Positions 45,152 to 55,954 are shown, counted from the first letter of the stretch. The stretch is 64,000 nucleotides of DNA from Candidatus Cloacimonadales bacterium (GCA_963665815.1 OY762463.1:2848001-2912000); one strand, 5' to 3'. Notes: generated by a model not told the origin, from the letters alone. Program-made: numbers and translations.

Positions 45152-45693
45152 TGCGAGCATTTACTGCCTTTAATCTGCCTGCTGAGATGAAAGAAAGCTT
45201 CTCAGAAGTTATAGATAACCTCAGATCGGTCTGTGGTAACAGTGTTAAATGGGTTGAGGATGAAAATCTGCATATTACACTGCTTTTTCTGGGAGATATA
45301 CCTCCTTCGGCAGTGAAAGATATAGACTATTATATGAATGATCTGCTTTCCGGTTTTGGTAGTTTTGAAGTGAAGGATCCGATTATTGAGGTTATGCCCG
45401 GGAAAAATCCGAGAATAATCTGGGTGCGTTTTGAAACAGAAAGGGAAGATGTAAAGGCTTTACCAAAGCGCTTGAGAAACAGACTTGATTTTCTCGATAT
45501 AGAGAATAAGAAATTTAAAATGCATGTTACGCTCGGAAGAGTAAAAAAAACATTGAATAATCAGATGGTACAACATATTTTGACATCGGAAATCAAACCG
45601 GATAAATGCCAGATTGAAGAAGCTGCTCTCTATAAAAGCATCTTAAGACCGCAGGGACCGGTATATGAAACAATAAAACAATACGAACTTTGA
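45151..45693 (+). CDS. thpR: RNA 2',3'-cyclic phosphodiesterase (2H family)
   Basis: Two HxT motifs (LHITLLFLG, MHVTLGR); S.L.P.GP.Y. Confidence 0.9.
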   Translation: MRAFTAFNLPAEMKESFSEVIDNLRSVCGNSVKWVEDENLHITLLFLGDIPPSAVKDIDYYMNDLLSGFGSFEVKDPIIEVMPGKNPRIIWVRFETEREDVKALPKRLRNRLDFLDIENKKFKMHVTLGRVKKTLNNQMVQHILTSEIKPDKCQIEEAALYKSILRPQGPVYETIKQYEL

Positions 45694-45714
45694 TATTGAT
45701 AATTCGGAGGAATA

Positions 45715-46758
45715 ATGGCTGACAAAACAAAAGATGCTTCTTTAAAAAACACAATATCTCAACTTGAGAAGAAATATGGTGTCGGTGCAATCATGAGAAT
45801 GGGCGACAAACCCAAACTCACTGTTGATGTAATCCCGACTGGTGCTTTAAACCTGGATGCTGCTCTGGGAATCGGTGGAATCCCTAAAGGCAGAATTACC
45901 GAAATTTACGGTGCTGAAGCATCCGGTAAAACAACTCTTTCACTGCATATTGCAGCGGAAGCTCAGAAATTAGGTGGAACAATAGCATTTATTGATGCTG
46001 AACATGCTCTTGATCCAATCTATGCAAAGAAACTTGGTGTTGATACTGACAGTATGCTGATCTCTCAACCGGACGGTGGAGAACAGGCACTGGAAATTGT
46101 GGAAGCACTTGTCCGTAGTAACGCAATCGATCTTATTATTGTTGACTCTGTTGCTGCTCTTGTACCAAGACAGGAAATCGAAGGAAATATGGGTGACAGC
46201 CATGTTGGTATTCAGGCACGACTTATGTCTCAGGCTCTGAGAAAGCTGACTGGTATTGTAAGTAAATCCAATACTGCTGTAATCTTCATTAATCAGACAC
46301 GTATGAAGATTGGTGTTGCCCCTTACATGAATCCTGAAACAACTACCGGTGGTGTAGCTCTTAAATTCTATTCATCTTTAAGACTGGAAGTAAGAGGATC
46401 AGGATCAATCAAGGAAACATCCAGTTCCGGTGCTGAAATTGTTGGTAAAACAACAAAAGTAAAAGTTGTGAAAAACAAGTTTGCTCCACCTTTCAAAACT
46501 GTTGATTTCCCGATTATCTTTGGAATCGGTATTTCTCATATTCACATTATTCTTGATTTGAGTGTTAAGCATAATATCATCAAGAAGAGCGGTTCCTGGT
46601 ATTCTTACGGTGAAATCCGTCTGGGTCAGGGAGCTGAAAAAGTAAGTGAATTCCTGAAGCAGAATCCTGAAATCCTGACAGAGATTGAAGACAAAATCAA
46701 AGTAGAGCTGGGAATGATTGAAGTAGAAGCAGATGAAAAATCTGAAGATAAAGAATAA
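45715..46758 (+). CDS. recA: Recombinase A
   Basis: [44 protein letters not shown] motifs. Confidence 0.99.
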   Translation: MADKTKDASLKNTISQLEKKYGVGAIMRMGDKPKLTVDVIPTGALNLDAALGIGGIPKGRITEIYGAEASGKTTLSLHIAAEAQKLGGTIAFIDAEHALDPIYAKKLGVDTDSMLISQPDGGEQALEIVEALVRSNAIDLIIVDSVAALVPRQEIEGNMGDSHVGIQARLMSQALRKLTGIVSKSNTAVIFINQTRMKIGVAPYMNPETTTGGVALKFYSSLRLEVRGSGSIKETSSSGAEIVGKTTKVKVVKNKFAPPFKTVDFPIIFGIGISHIHIILDLSVKHNIIKKSGSWYSYGEIRLGQGAEKVSEFLKQNPEILTEIEDKIKVELGMIEVEADEKSEDKE

Positions 46759-47353
46759 GACTAAAACAATCTATCTTGTTGAAGTTGAAAACAATATTAT
46801 AGGGACTCTACCGGGTAGAGTCCTTTTTAACTATGTAGAGCAGGTTTTCTACGAACAAACTATATCTGAGGAAGACTACGAAAAACTCTTCGACAGAATG
46901 AAAGATTACGCCAGAGAACTGCTCTATAAACAACTCAGCAGACAGGAGCGTTGTTTGCACGATTGCCGGGAGTTCCTGAGACAAAAGCATTTTTGCTATG
47001 AAATCCGGGAAGAACTGCTGAAAACAGCACAGGATAAGAATTTTATCAACGATGCCAGATTTTGTGATTTATATGTCAACTCCATGGTGTTGAGAAACAA
47101 GTCAGAGCAGTGGATAAGACAGAATCTGATGATGAAGAAAATTGATTCTCAGATTGTAGATAAAACAATCCGGGAAGTTATGTCCGGAGAAGTGAAGAAT
47201 GAAATTCTACAGGAAGAAGTGGCTAAAGCTCTGCGCCGATACGACAGATTCGACTATTATAAGAAAAGGGAGAAGGTTATCGCATCACTGTATAGAAAAG
47301 GTTTCAGATTTGATGAGATTTCCGGGGAGCTGGAGAGGCAGATAAAAGAATGA
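46733..47353 (+). CDS. recX: RecX regulatory protein
   Basis: Position after recA; 'LS...R', 'INDARF', 'L.RKGF' motifs. Confidence 0.8.
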   Translation: MKNLKIKNKTKTIYLVEVENNIIGTLPGRVLFNYVEQVFYEQTISEEDYEKLFDRMKDYARELLYKQLSRQERCLHDCREFLRQKHFCYEIREELLKTAQDKNFINDARFCDLYVNSMVLRNKSEQWIRQNLMMKKIDSQIVDKTIREVMSGEVKNEILQEEVAKALRRYDRFDYYKKREKVIASLYRKGFRFDEISGELERQIKE

Positions 47354-47380
47354 ATCAAGGGTGACAGTATCATATACAAA

Positions 47381-47405
47381 AGAGACGCTCGTTAAAAGCG
47401 TCTCT
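47381..47405. terminator. Terminator between convergent genes
   Basis: AGAGACGCT...AGCGTCTCT. Confidence 0.65.
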
Positions 47406-47506
47406 GAAATATACATAGTTAGCTATCCAGAAATTTTCATTTCTGTCACGCTGAATAATGCAAACCAAAGTTTAACTATTAATTGTTAAACTTAGATCCA
47501 ACTGCA

Positions 47507-49765
47507 TTATTTCATCAATACAATCTTACGAGTTTCGATATGATTTCCGGTAATCATCTTCACAAAGTATACACCGGACGAAACAGATTTTCCTGATTCT
47601 GAGTCCCCATGCCAGACAACATTATGATCACCTGCTGAGACAGATTTATCCACCAGAGTTTTAACTCTCTGACCTTTCATGTTGTACACTGAAACCTGAA
47701 CATCTGTTTCTTCCTTAACAGAGTAATCTATGTTTGTTTCAGGATTGAATGGGTTAGGGTAAATTCCCAGGATTCCCAGTTTTGTAAATTCTTCTGGCTT
47801 ATCATCATCCAATGATACTGAAACAGGTCCGTAGAACTCTGTATTTCCTGACATTGATACAGACTCAAGCCAATAGTAGTAGGTGTTATCCAGTTCAACT
47901 TCATCATCACAGAAGTCATAGTTATGTTCTGTAGACAGATTACTTGCAGTTATTATTGATGTGTTAACCTTAAGAGCACCATTCAGGCTGTTCATTTCGT
48001 TCCTGAAGATGTTATAACCGCTCATATCAGTTTCAGACTTTGTAATCCAGTTAAGTTCAACAAAGTTGCTGTTAGTTCTACTTGCATTGAAAGAAGAAAG
48101 TGTAACCGGAAGTGAATTGTCATTACCACCGGCAGGCACAAACTCAGAGAATACGTTAAGTCCCTGGATTGTTATGTATGGATAGTTGTAGACCAATGTT
48201 GCACCGAGATCGACAACTACATCCTGCCATGGAGAGCTGTCATCATCTCTTTTGAGGAAGCTAAGTGTAGCAAAGTTTTCTATCCCTTCAACCTCACTGA
48301 GGTCGAATGTAATATCGTAAGTTCCAACGTCACCTGCGGAAGATTCCACATGCCAGTAGTTATTCGCAATGTTAACGATATTTGCAGGGAGGTTACCCAC
48401 AACATTCGGTTCATTGAAGTTCTGGGTCAGATCTATAGTTGTTTCCAGGTGATTACCTGTAAACTGGAGTCTTACATCTGCATCCATGAAATTAAATTCA
48501 TCATTGCTATTTGCAGGGATAGTAATTTGAGTATTTACCGGCGGTAAGATATAGTCAGCAATTTCATAAAAGTAAGCAGCTCCGGTTAAAACAGCATTAC
48601 TGTATGCATTTGGAGCGCCAATAAGAACACGGTTATTATCCATGGCTATGTTTGCACCAAATATATATCCATCACCACCGTCACTGGCGAGAAATTTCTG
48701 CTGTTCATTCCAGGATGTACCGTCAAAATGATAGATGTAAGCAGAACCTGAAGAAGCACCAAGCTGATCATCATAATTTGCACCCAATAATGCATAGTTT
48801 TCTGTGATTGATACAGTATAGCCTAACCAGTCTCCTTCATCTCCGTCTGACGCCAGAAGTTTCTGCTGCTCAATCCATGTTGTCCCGTCAAAGTAATATA
48901 CATAAGCAGCACCTGCTGAATTAATGTTGTCATCATCTCCTAACGCACCTACAATTGCACGGTCTTCAAAAATTGAGACTCCTATACCGAAAAAATCTCC
49001 CGGTTCAAGAGTCGCGGGAGTAAGCTTCTGCTGCTCGAACCAAATTGCTCCGTCATAGTGAAAAATGTATGCTGAGCCTGTATGAGTTCCATCACCATCT
49101 GCATAGGCTCCCACAATAACATTATCATTATTAATTGAAGTGACGATTCCGAATTTATCTCCGGCTGCACCGTCGGAAGGCAACAGTTTCTGTTGTTCTA
49201 CCCAGTTTACACCGTTAAAGTGGAATATGTATACCGAGCCGGACTCAACCCCATTGGTACCATCTCCATATGCTCCAACCACTGCATAATCGCCGGAAAT
49301 TGAGACAAAACAGCCGAAATATTGATCCGCACAGGCATCGGAAGAAGTCAGTTTCTGCTGTTGTATCCAGCTTGAGCCATCATAATGGTAAATATATGCA
49401 GAACCCGACCAGTTGCCATCTTCATCATCGCCTACACATCCAATAATTACATTGTCTCCTGATATTGAAGCTTTATAGCCGAACCAGTCACCTGCTGCAC
49501 CATCTGGTGGTATTAACTTCTGTTGTTCAACCCAGTTTGTTCCATTGTAGTGATAAATATAAGCTGAACCTGAATCTTGTCCGTTATCATCATCTTTAAT
49601 AGCTCCGACAACAGCATAATCCCCGGAGACTGAGATAGCAGATCCAAATCCGTCAGAATCAGCCCCATCTGAATCAATAAGCTTTTGATTTTCATTTTGA
49701 ATTGTTGTTGCCGTTAAAACTAAACAAGAAATGAGAAAAATCATAAGTAAACCTGTTTTTTTCAT
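47507..49765 (-). CDS. Secreted FG-GAP repeat protein with 'LPVTLSSF' domain and FlgD-Ig C-terminal domain
   Basis: About 7 FG-GAP repeats as in 8593; LPVTLSSF...W.T.SE....GYNI module; tail nearly identical to that of 8593-10107. Confidence 0.88.
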   Translation of the reverse strand: MKKTGLLMIFLISCLVLTATTIQNENQKLIDSDGADSDGFGSAISVSGDYAVVGAIKDDDNGQDSGSAYIYHYNGTNWVEQQKLIPPDGAAGDWFGYKASISGDNVIIGCVGDDEDGNWSGSAYIYHYDGSSWIQQQKLTSSDACADQYFGCFVSISGDYAVVGAYGDGTNGVESGSVYIFHFNGVNWVEQQKLLPSDGAAGDKFGIVTSINNDNVIVGAYADGDGTHTGSAYIFHYDGAIWFEQQKLTPATLEPGDFFGIGVSIFEDRAIVGALGDDDNINSAGAAYVYYFDGTTWIEQQKLLASDGDEGDWLGYTVSITENYALLGANYDDQLGASSGSAYIYHFDGTSWNEQQKFLASDGGDGYIFGANIAMDNNRVLIGAPNAYSNAVLTGAAYFYEIADYILPPVNTQITIPANSNDEFNFMDADVRLQFTGNHLETTIDLTQNFNEPNVVGNLPANIVNIANNYWHVESSAGDVGTYDITFDLSEVEGIENFATLSFLKRDDDSSPWQDVVVDLGATLVYNYPYITIQGLNVFSEFVPAGGNDNSLPVTLSSFNASRTNSNFVELNWITKSETDMSGYNIFRNEMNSLNGALKVNTSIITASNLSTEHNYDFCDDEVELDNTYYYWLESVSMSGNTEFYGPVSVSLDDDKPEEFTKLGILGIYPNPFNPETNIDYSVKEETDVQVSVYNMKGQRVKTLVDKSVSAGDHNVVWHGDSESGKSVSSGVYFVKMITGNHIETRKIVLMK

Positions 49766-50142
49766 AAGCTTCTCCTCTGTGTTCTGTGATATATTGTTTT
49801 TTAAAAAAGTAATAAATCGGATTTATGTCAATAAAAAAAGTGTTGTTACTATATTTTATCTCTTGCGAATAATATACTTGTACAATTGGTAACAGTGACC
49901 GGTATATTTATTCTTGTTATAACGGTGAAGATTTCTGGTTTTGAATAAGTATGCAGTTGAACAGTACTAATGACGGTAAAGGAATATAGATTGTGAGGAT
50001 TATTTATTACTCGACAATCATATTACGATGCGATTTCTTTCTGAATTTATTGAGCTGATAGATTGTGCATTATCCATTCTGAATCTGATTCGTACCTTTT
50101 TCTTTTGACAAAAAGTAGCGGTTCGTAAAACAATACACCACT

Positions 50143-50778
50143 ATGGAAAAAAGTATAAACGGATTCTTTTCAAGACATAACGAAAAGCTCCTGAACGCTG
50201 TCAGGAAGTACACTGTCGGGATTGCCGGCTGTGGAGGTCTTGGGTCTAACATTGCCTTTGCTCTGGTACGTATCGGCATAAAAAGAATTGTTATGGCAGA
50301 TTTCGATGTGGTTGAACCGCATAATCTGAATCGTCAGCAGTTTTTTATGGATCAGATAGGAAAACCCAAAGCAGAAGCTCTTAGTGATAACCTTAAGAGA
50401 ATCAGTCCTTGTACTGATATTGAATTCCATGTGAAGAAAATAAATGAAGATAACATTGATGAGCTTTTCGGAAATGTGGATATTATGGCTGAGGCCTTCG
50501 ATAGAGCTGAAATGAAAAAAATGCTCATTGAAGAATGGCTGATCAAATATCCCGAAAAGTCTATTGTGGCTGCATCCGGAATAGCCGGATATGGCAGAAA
50601 TGATATACTGAAAACTCGAAAAATTGGTAACCTGTATGTCTGCGGAGATGAATGCTCTGAGCTGGAGGAAAATGTATCTCCTACGGCACCGAGAGTTGCA
50701 ATTGCGGCTAACATGCAGGCTAATCAGATAATAGAAATTATTATGGAGAAAGAATATGGTTCAACAGATAATGGTTAA
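50143..50778 (+). CDS. thiF: Sulfur-carrier adenylyltransferase ThiF (E1-like)
   Basis: GIAGCGGLGS, DFDVVE..NLNRQ, EAFD, PRV...AN.QAN motifs. Confidence 0.88.
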   Translation: MEKSINGFFSRHNEKLLNAVRKYTVGIAGCGGLGSNIAFALVRIGIKRIVMADFDVVEPHNLNRQQFFMDQIGKPKAEALSDNLKRISPCTDIEFHVKKINEDNIDELFGNVDIMAEAFDRAEMKKMLIEEWLIKYPEKSIVAASGIAGYGRNDILKTRKIGNLYVCGDECSELEENVSPTAPRVAIAANMQANQIIEIIMEKEYGSTDNG

Positions 50779-50962
50779 TGGAAGCAGTATGGACTGGGAA
50801 CAGGACTTGACCATTAAAGGAGTTTTGAAACGTAAAAACTATACTTTCAAACTGTTAGTCGTAAAGGTTAACGGAAAACTGATAAAAAAAGATAAATACG
50901 ATACAACAACAATACCGCCCGGAGCTAGTGTGCAGGTTCTGCATCTGATGAGTGGTGGATAA
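50756..50962 (+). CDS. thiS: ThiS/MoaD-like sulfur carrier
   Basis: 68-aa beta-grasp protein ending in GG; overlaps thiF. Confidence 0.85.
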   Translation: MVQQIMVNGSSMDWEQDLTIKGVLKRKNYTFKLLVVKVNGKLIKKDKYDTTTIPPGASVQVLHLMSGG

Positions 50963-50972
50963 GGAGACTTAT

Positions 50973-51254
50973 ATGTTTAAAACTAATGAATACTTTGATG
51001 GTAAAGTAAAATCAATTGCTTTTGATACAAATGACGGACCTGCTACAATAGGTGTTATGGCAGGAGGTGAATATGAGTTTGGGACATCCACAGTAGAATA
51101 TATGACTGTTATTGAAGGTGTTATGGTTGTTCTCCTTCCGGGAGAAGAAGAGTGGAAAACTTTTGCAAAGGGAGAAACTTTCATAGTTCAGAAAGATAAA
51201 AAATTCAATCTGAAAATAGAAGGGAATGCGGCATATTTATGTCTCTATAAATAG
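50973..51254 (+). CDS. ppnP: Pyrimidine/purine nucleoside phosphorylase (DUF1255/YaiE)
   Basis: [23 protein letters not shown] motifs; ATG at 50973 after AGGAG. Confidence 0.9.
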   Translation: MFKTNEYFDGKVKSIAFDTNDGPATIGVMAGGEYEFGTSTVEYMTVIEGVMVVLLPGEEEWKTFAKGETFIVQKDKKFNLKIEGNAAYLCLYK

Positions 51255-51264
51255 CGGAGGATAA

Positions 51265-52689
51265 ATGACCTTAAAAGAAATCAAAAAAATTATAGAAGAA
51301 AAAAAGATTAAGACAATAGATCTGAAATATTCAGATCTGGCAGGAAACTGGTATCACATATCATTCCCACCGGATAAACTTGATAAGGTTATGACTGAAG
51401 GAATATCTTTTGATGGTTCAAGTATTCCCGGAATGAGATCGGTTGAATCCGGTGATATGGTTATTCTTCCGGATATTACAACTGCAATGGTTGATCCGTT
51501 TACAAGATATCCTACCTTAAGAATGCTTTGCTTCATCTGTGATGCAGATACAAGAATTGGTGTTGCTAAAGACCCGAGAAGCGTTGCTAAGAGAACAGAC
51601 GACTACATGAAGTCTACAAAGATAGCAGACCAGTCATTCTGGATTCCTGAATTCGAATTCTATCTTTTTAATGATGCAGTTTTCAGAAATGGTAAATATG
51701 AAGCAGGATACAAGTTTACATCCGCAGAATCCAAAGAAGTACTACCGGGTAAGTACGTGGACAGAGACGGTACAGCCGTTGCTCACAGAAAGGGTTATCA
51801 TATAGATACACCGTTTGACAAATATGCAGATGTTCGTCAGGAAATGGTAAATCAGATGGAAGATATTGGTGTTGACGTGCGTTATCACCACCATGAAGTC
51901 GGTCTTGCAGGTCAGGAAGAAATCGAAACAGAAATGATGGAATTCAGCAATATTGTAGATAAGATGATGTATATCAAGGATATTATTCACAATACTGCAT
52001 TGAGAAACGACCTTACAGCTACATTCATGCCTAAGCCATTATATGATGAAGCTGGAAACGGAATGCACTTCCATATTCAGCTCAGAAAAAAAGGCAAGAA
52101 TGTATTCTTTAAAAAAGGTGAATATGCAGACCTTTCCATTGAAGCTCAGTATTTCATCGGTGGAATCCTGAAACATGGACGTTCTCTAACTGCATTCACA
52201 AATCCAAGCACAAACTCATTCAAGAGACTTCTTCCGGGATTTGAAGCACCTGTGAAATTGTTCTATGGGCTTGCTAACAGATCTGCAGCAATAAGAATAC
52301 CTAAATACGTTACAACCGAAGAAACAAAACGTATTGAATTCAGAACAGGTGACGGAACATGTAATTATTATCTGGCAATGAGTGCTCTTTTAATGGCAGG
52401 GCTTGACGGTATTCAGAACAAGATTCTTCCTACTAAGGAAAACGGATACGGTCCGTTTGATGATAACGTGTTTGCCTGGTCAGATGAGAAGAAAGATATG
52501 CTTGAGTCAATCCCTGAAAGTCTTGAAGAAGCACTTCAGGCTCTGAAGGATGATCATGAGTATCTTCTCAAAGGTGATGTATTTAATAAAGAATTGATAG
52601 ATAGTTGGATAACAGAAAAAATGAAAGAAGTGGTTGCGGTTAAAAACAGACCTCATCCGTTCGAAATGAGTCTTTACTACAGTTTATAA
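51265..52689 (+). CDS. glnA: Glutamine synthetase type I
   Basis: FDGSSI, PEFEFY, HHHEV, TFMPKP, GNGMH, NRSAAIRIP, RIEFR, RPHPFE motifs. Confidence 0.95.
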   Translation: MTLKEIKKIIEEKKIKTIDLKYSDLAGNWYHISFPPDKLDKVMTEGISFDGSSIPGMRSVESGDMVILPDITTAMVDPFTRYPTLRMLCFICDADTRIGVAKDPRSVAKRTDDYMKSTKIADQSFWIPEFEFYLFNDAVFRNGKYEAGYKFTSAESKEVLPGKYVDRDGTAVAHRKGYHIDTPFDKYADVRQEMVNQMEDIGVDVRYHHHEVGLAGQEEIETEMMEFSNIVDKMMYIKDIIHNTALRNDLTATFMPKPLYDEAGNGMHFHIQLRKKGKNVFFKKGEYADLSIEAQYFIGGILKHGRSLTAFTNPSTNSFKRLLPGFEAPVKLFYGLANRSAAIRIPKYVTTEETKRIEFRTGDGTCNYYLAMSALLMAGLDGIQNKILPTKENGYGPFDDNVFAWSDEKKDMLESIPESLEEALQALKDDHEYLLKGDVFNKELIDSWITEKMKEVVAVKNRPHPFEMSLYYSL

Positions 52690-52701
52690 TTTGGAGGTGA
52701 A

Positions 52702-53847
52702 ATGGATTATTTTTTAACTGAAGACCAGATTGAAATCAGAGATATTGCAAGAAAAATTGCACAAGAGAAGATAAAACCCCTGCGCGAGGAGTACGACGAA
52801 GAAGGAACTTTCCCATGGGATATCGTAAAAATCATGGCTCAGACAGATCTTTTTGCTGTTCTGATTCCTGAAGAATACGATGGTATCAGCGGAAAAGTTA
52901 TGGATCTTGCTATTGTTACAGAAGAACTCAGTAAGGTTGATGCAGGTATAGCTCTCTCATTTGGAGCAACAGGTCTTGGACTATACCCTATACTTCTTTC
53001 AGGAAATGAAGAGCAGAAACAGAAGTATCTTCCTCAGATTGCTGCAGGAGAAAAACTCGCTGCTTTCGCTCTTACAGAAGCTAATGCCGGTTCAGATGCC
53101 GGTGGTATTGAAACAACTGCTGAAAAAGATGGTGATTTCTATATACTTAACGGTACAAAACAGTGGATTACTAACGGTTCAGAAGCTGATATCTACACAG
53201 TTTTTGCAATGACAAACAAAGCAAAAGGTGCCCGTGGTGCTTCCTGCTTCATCGTTGAAAAAGGTACTCCCGGTTTTACATTCGGTAAAAAAGAAAACAA
53301 AATGGGAATCAGAGCTTCAGCTACAACAGAATTGATTTTTGAAAACGTAAGAGTTCCAAAAGAAAACATGGTTGGAAGAGAAGGAACAGGATTCATGGTT
53401 GCCATGAAAACATTCGATAAATCTCGCCCTATGGTTGGTGCTCAGGCAGTAGGTATTGCTCAGGGAGCATATGAAGAAGCTGCTCGTTACTCAAAACAGA
53501 GACATCAGTTTGGGAAACCTATTTCATCATTCCAGGCTATTCAGTTTATGCTTGCTGATATGGCAACACAAATTGAAGCTGCCAGAGCACTGGTATATGC
53601 TACTTCAAGAATGATTGACAGTGGTGTGAAAAAGTACTCTAAAGAATCTGCAATGTGTAAAACTTTTGCTTCAGACGTAGCTATGAAAGTTACGGTCGAT
53701 GCAGTACAGGTTCTTGGCGGTTATGGATATATGAAAGAATATCCTGTAGAAAAAATGATGAGAGATGCAAAGATTACTCAGATCTATGAAGGTACAAACC
53801 AGATTCAGAGATCAATTATTGCATCTAATCTGTTAAAAGAATTTTAA
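52702..53847 (+). CDS. Acyl-CoA dehydrogenase (butyryl-CoA dehydrogenase-like)
   Basis: FALTEANAGSDA, GTKQWITNG, KMGIRAS, R.QFGKPI, IYEGTNQIQR motifs. Confidence 0.93.
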   Translation: MDYFLTEDQIEIRDIARKIAQEKIKPLREEYDEEGTFPWDIVKIMAQTDLFAVLIPEEYDGISGKVMDLAIVTEELSKVDAGIALSFGATGLGLYPILLSGNEEQKQKYLPQIAAGEKLAAFALTEANAGSDAGGIETTAEKDGDFYILNGTKQWITNGSEADIYTVFAMTNKAKGARGASCFIVEKGTPGFTFGKKENKMGIRASATTELIFENVRVPKENMVGREGTGFMVAMKTFDKSRPMVGAQAVGIAQGAYEEAARYSKQRHQFGKPISSFQAIQFMLADMATQIEAARALVYATSRMIDSGVKKYSKESAMCKTFASDVAMKVTVDAVQVLGGYGYMKEYPVEKMMRDAKITQIYEGTNQIQRSIIASNLLKEF

Positions 53848-53863
53848 TAAGGTAAATATATTG

Positions 53864-53898
53864 AAAACCGTTGGAATTTATGTTCAACGGTTTTTTTC
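53864..53898 (+). terminator. Intrinsic terminator
   Basis: AAAACCGTTG...CAACGGTTTTTTT. Confidence 0.8.
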
Positions 53899-53949
53899 TT
53901 GCCAATTTTCCGGTGAATTATCAATATATGTAAAAATACATATGGGGGA

Positions 53950-55287
53950 ATGTTTGTGGTTAAACGAATTTTTGTAATAACATTATTTCTGATAGTTTCA
54001 ATTATGATGTTCGCAGATGGATCATCTGAATGCAGTAGGAGCTTAATGTACTTCAGGAAGAGTATCAGGTATGATTTTGGATATTATAATTTATGCCAAA
54101 ATGTAAAAAGAGGAGAACACAGTCATTTTGACGATATAGAATTGAGAGACGAGTCTAAAATGAACTCATTTCGTCCGGAGTTCAACTTTTATAATGAGAC
54201 TCCCGGATTTTTTTTCAGTAATGATTTTGCTGCATCATATAGTATGATTAAGGTAAATAGTGGTAGTCACAGGATAAATGCGATGAACAGTATGGACTAT
54301 GAATTGGGTAAGGTAAATAGTGGTAGTTACAGGATAAATGCGCTGAACAGCATGGACTATAAATTTGGTCAGGAAAGAGCTTTCAAAATTAGTCTTGATG
54401 CGTACTTTCAGTATATGTCAAGAAAGCATGAAAGCACTAATAATATTGAAAGATGCTATGAAGATGATCTCTCAATAACCGGCGATCTTTTTATTGGTAA
54501 AAGTAATGGGAGAATTGTTGATTCAGCCGTTTATAATACAGCTTTGCAAGTTGTTGATTTCCTTAACTTGACCCTTTCGGCAAACCTGACAGAAAAAGAT
54601 GTAGATGCAGTTTGTGAATATTTGGCAAACAGACCAAAATACAATTACATCGAAATCCTGAATCTGGTTAACATTGATGATAATGCAAGATTGAACCAAC
54701 ATGAAATATTCAAAATGAATTCGATCATGACTTCAGTAGCACATGTAAGAAACTCAGGAAAAGAAGCTTCTCTAGGATTGTTTTGTGAGTATTCTCGTCT
54801 GGAAGATGATATGGTGGAACAAGAATATCACGGTTTAAATGTAAGAAGTCGTAATGTTGAAGAAACTTTCTATGGAATAAAGCTGAATATTGAAAAACAT
54901 ATAAAACTAAACTCTATCCTTGATGCAGGAGGATTTATTGAAGGAAGAACAGGAATGGCTCTTGATACCAGCAGTGAAAATAATGATACTGTAATTGCAT
55001 TCAGGGTTTTAGGAGGAGTGTCGTTGTTTCATGAATCATTCAGAGGTATTTCATCAGAAATTGCTACAATTTTTACTTATTATGGAAATGCTGATAATGC
55101 CTGTAAAATTTCTCGGAGCAACATTAATCTGGTTTATAGCTGGAATACAATATTAGATTTTTACGTATCTGCTATATATAATGCAGTAATTTATGAAGGG
55201 GATCCTGTCTATACAATAAGTAGTTTTGAAGTTCTGGAAGATGAGAATGAATTCAGTGCAGTAAGTGGTATAAAGTATAAATTATAA
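53950..55287 (+). CDS. Hypothetical exported protein, possible outer-membrane beta-barrel
   Basis: Signal peptide; alternating aromatic strands; C-terminus SGIKYKL. Confidence 0.45.
   Translation: MFVVKRIFVITLFLIVSIMMFADGSSECSRSLMYFRKSIRYDFGYYNLCQNVKRGEHSHFDDIELRDESKMNSFRPEFNFYNETPGFFFSNDFAASYSMIKVNSGSHRINAMNSMDYELGKVNSGSYRINALNSMDYKFGQERAFKISLDAYFQYMSRKHESTNNIERCYEDDLSITGDLFIGKSNGRIVDSAVYNTALQVVDFLNLTLSANLTEKDVDAVCEYLANRPKYNYIEILNLVNIDDNARLNQHEIFKMNSIMTSVAHVRNSGKEASLGLFCEYSRLEDDMVEQEYHGLNVRSRNVEETFYGIKLNIEKHIKLNSILDAGGFIEGRTGMALDTSSENNDTVIAFRVLGGVSLFHESFRGISSEIATIFTYYGNADNACKISRSNINLVYSWNTILDFYVSAIYNAVIYEGDPVYTISSFEVLEDENEFSAVSGIKYKL
54250..54369 (+). repeat. In-frame 60-bp tandem duplication (2 copies)
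   Basis: AAGGTAAATAGTGGTAGT(C/T)ACAGGATAAATGCG(A/C)TGAACAG(T/C)ATGGACTAT(G/A)AATT(G/T)GGT, twice. Confidence 0.95.
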
Positions 55288-55292
55288 AATAA

Positions 55293-55316
55293 AGGCTGTC
55301 AGTTAAAAGGCAGCCT
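55293..55316. terminator. Bidirectional terminator
   Basis: AGGCTGTC...GGCAGCCT between convergent genes. Confidence 0.65.
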
Positions 55317-55319
55317 GTT

Positions 55320-55916
55320 TTAAAATCTGAGAATTACTCTACATGGACTTCCTGAAACATTCTGTAAGTTCAGAGGCACTGCGACAATTTCACCATCTTC
55401 AGGAATATTCTCACAATTCTCAAGATCCTCTATCAGATATTTATCTCTTTCTGCCAGTATCCTGTTGAAGTAATAGTTTTTCTTACCTTTAATCTCGATT
55501 TCCTGCATTATTATCCATACTTTTACCGGTAAAGAAAGCAGTACTTCAAATTTACCTAAACCGATAGTAATTTTGTTATTCACTGTACTTCGCAGAAACA
55601 AGAATTTTTCATCATGGTATTTATCTTTGAGTTTTTTTGGAGATAATATGGCAATATCCAACTCATTCAAAAGAAGGTAACTACCAAACATATTATTTAG
55701 ATGCAGGCATTCAAGAGTATCTCCATTTTCTGAAAAATGTGCAGGAGCATCGATATGTGTTCCTGTCTGTGTTCCTAGTTCAACCTTACTGACTCGGAAA
55801 TTATTCTCCTGTATTGTGCCCCATTCCGAAATGATAAAAGGTGGATCAGAATAATCGTCATCTGAGTAGAGAATAGTCTCACTATTAAGCTTTCGAGTCA
55901 AATCTATGTATTTCAT
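55320..55916 (-). CDS. Cyclase / kynurenine formamidase-like metallohydrolase
   Basis: IDLT, QTGTHIDAPAHF, IEDL, PL......GSP.R motifs. Confidence 0.85.
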   Translation of the reverse strand: MKYIDLTRKLNSETILYSDDDYSDPPFIISEWGTIQENNFRVSKVELGTQTGTHIDAPAHFSENGDTLECLHLNNMFGSYLLLNELDIAILSPKKLKDKYHDEKFLFLRSTVNNKITIGLGKFEVLLSLPVKVWIIMQEIEIKGKKNYYFNRILAERDKYLIEDLENCENIPEDGEIVAVPLNLQNVSGSPCRVILRF

Positions 55917-55954
55917 GATAATCTATTTATAAAGTGCGTCAATACTAATTGAGA

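Noticed and set aside
49766-50142. TPP riboswitch before thiF
   Set aside because: No CUGAGA...ACCUGA...AGCGUAGGGA core is present.
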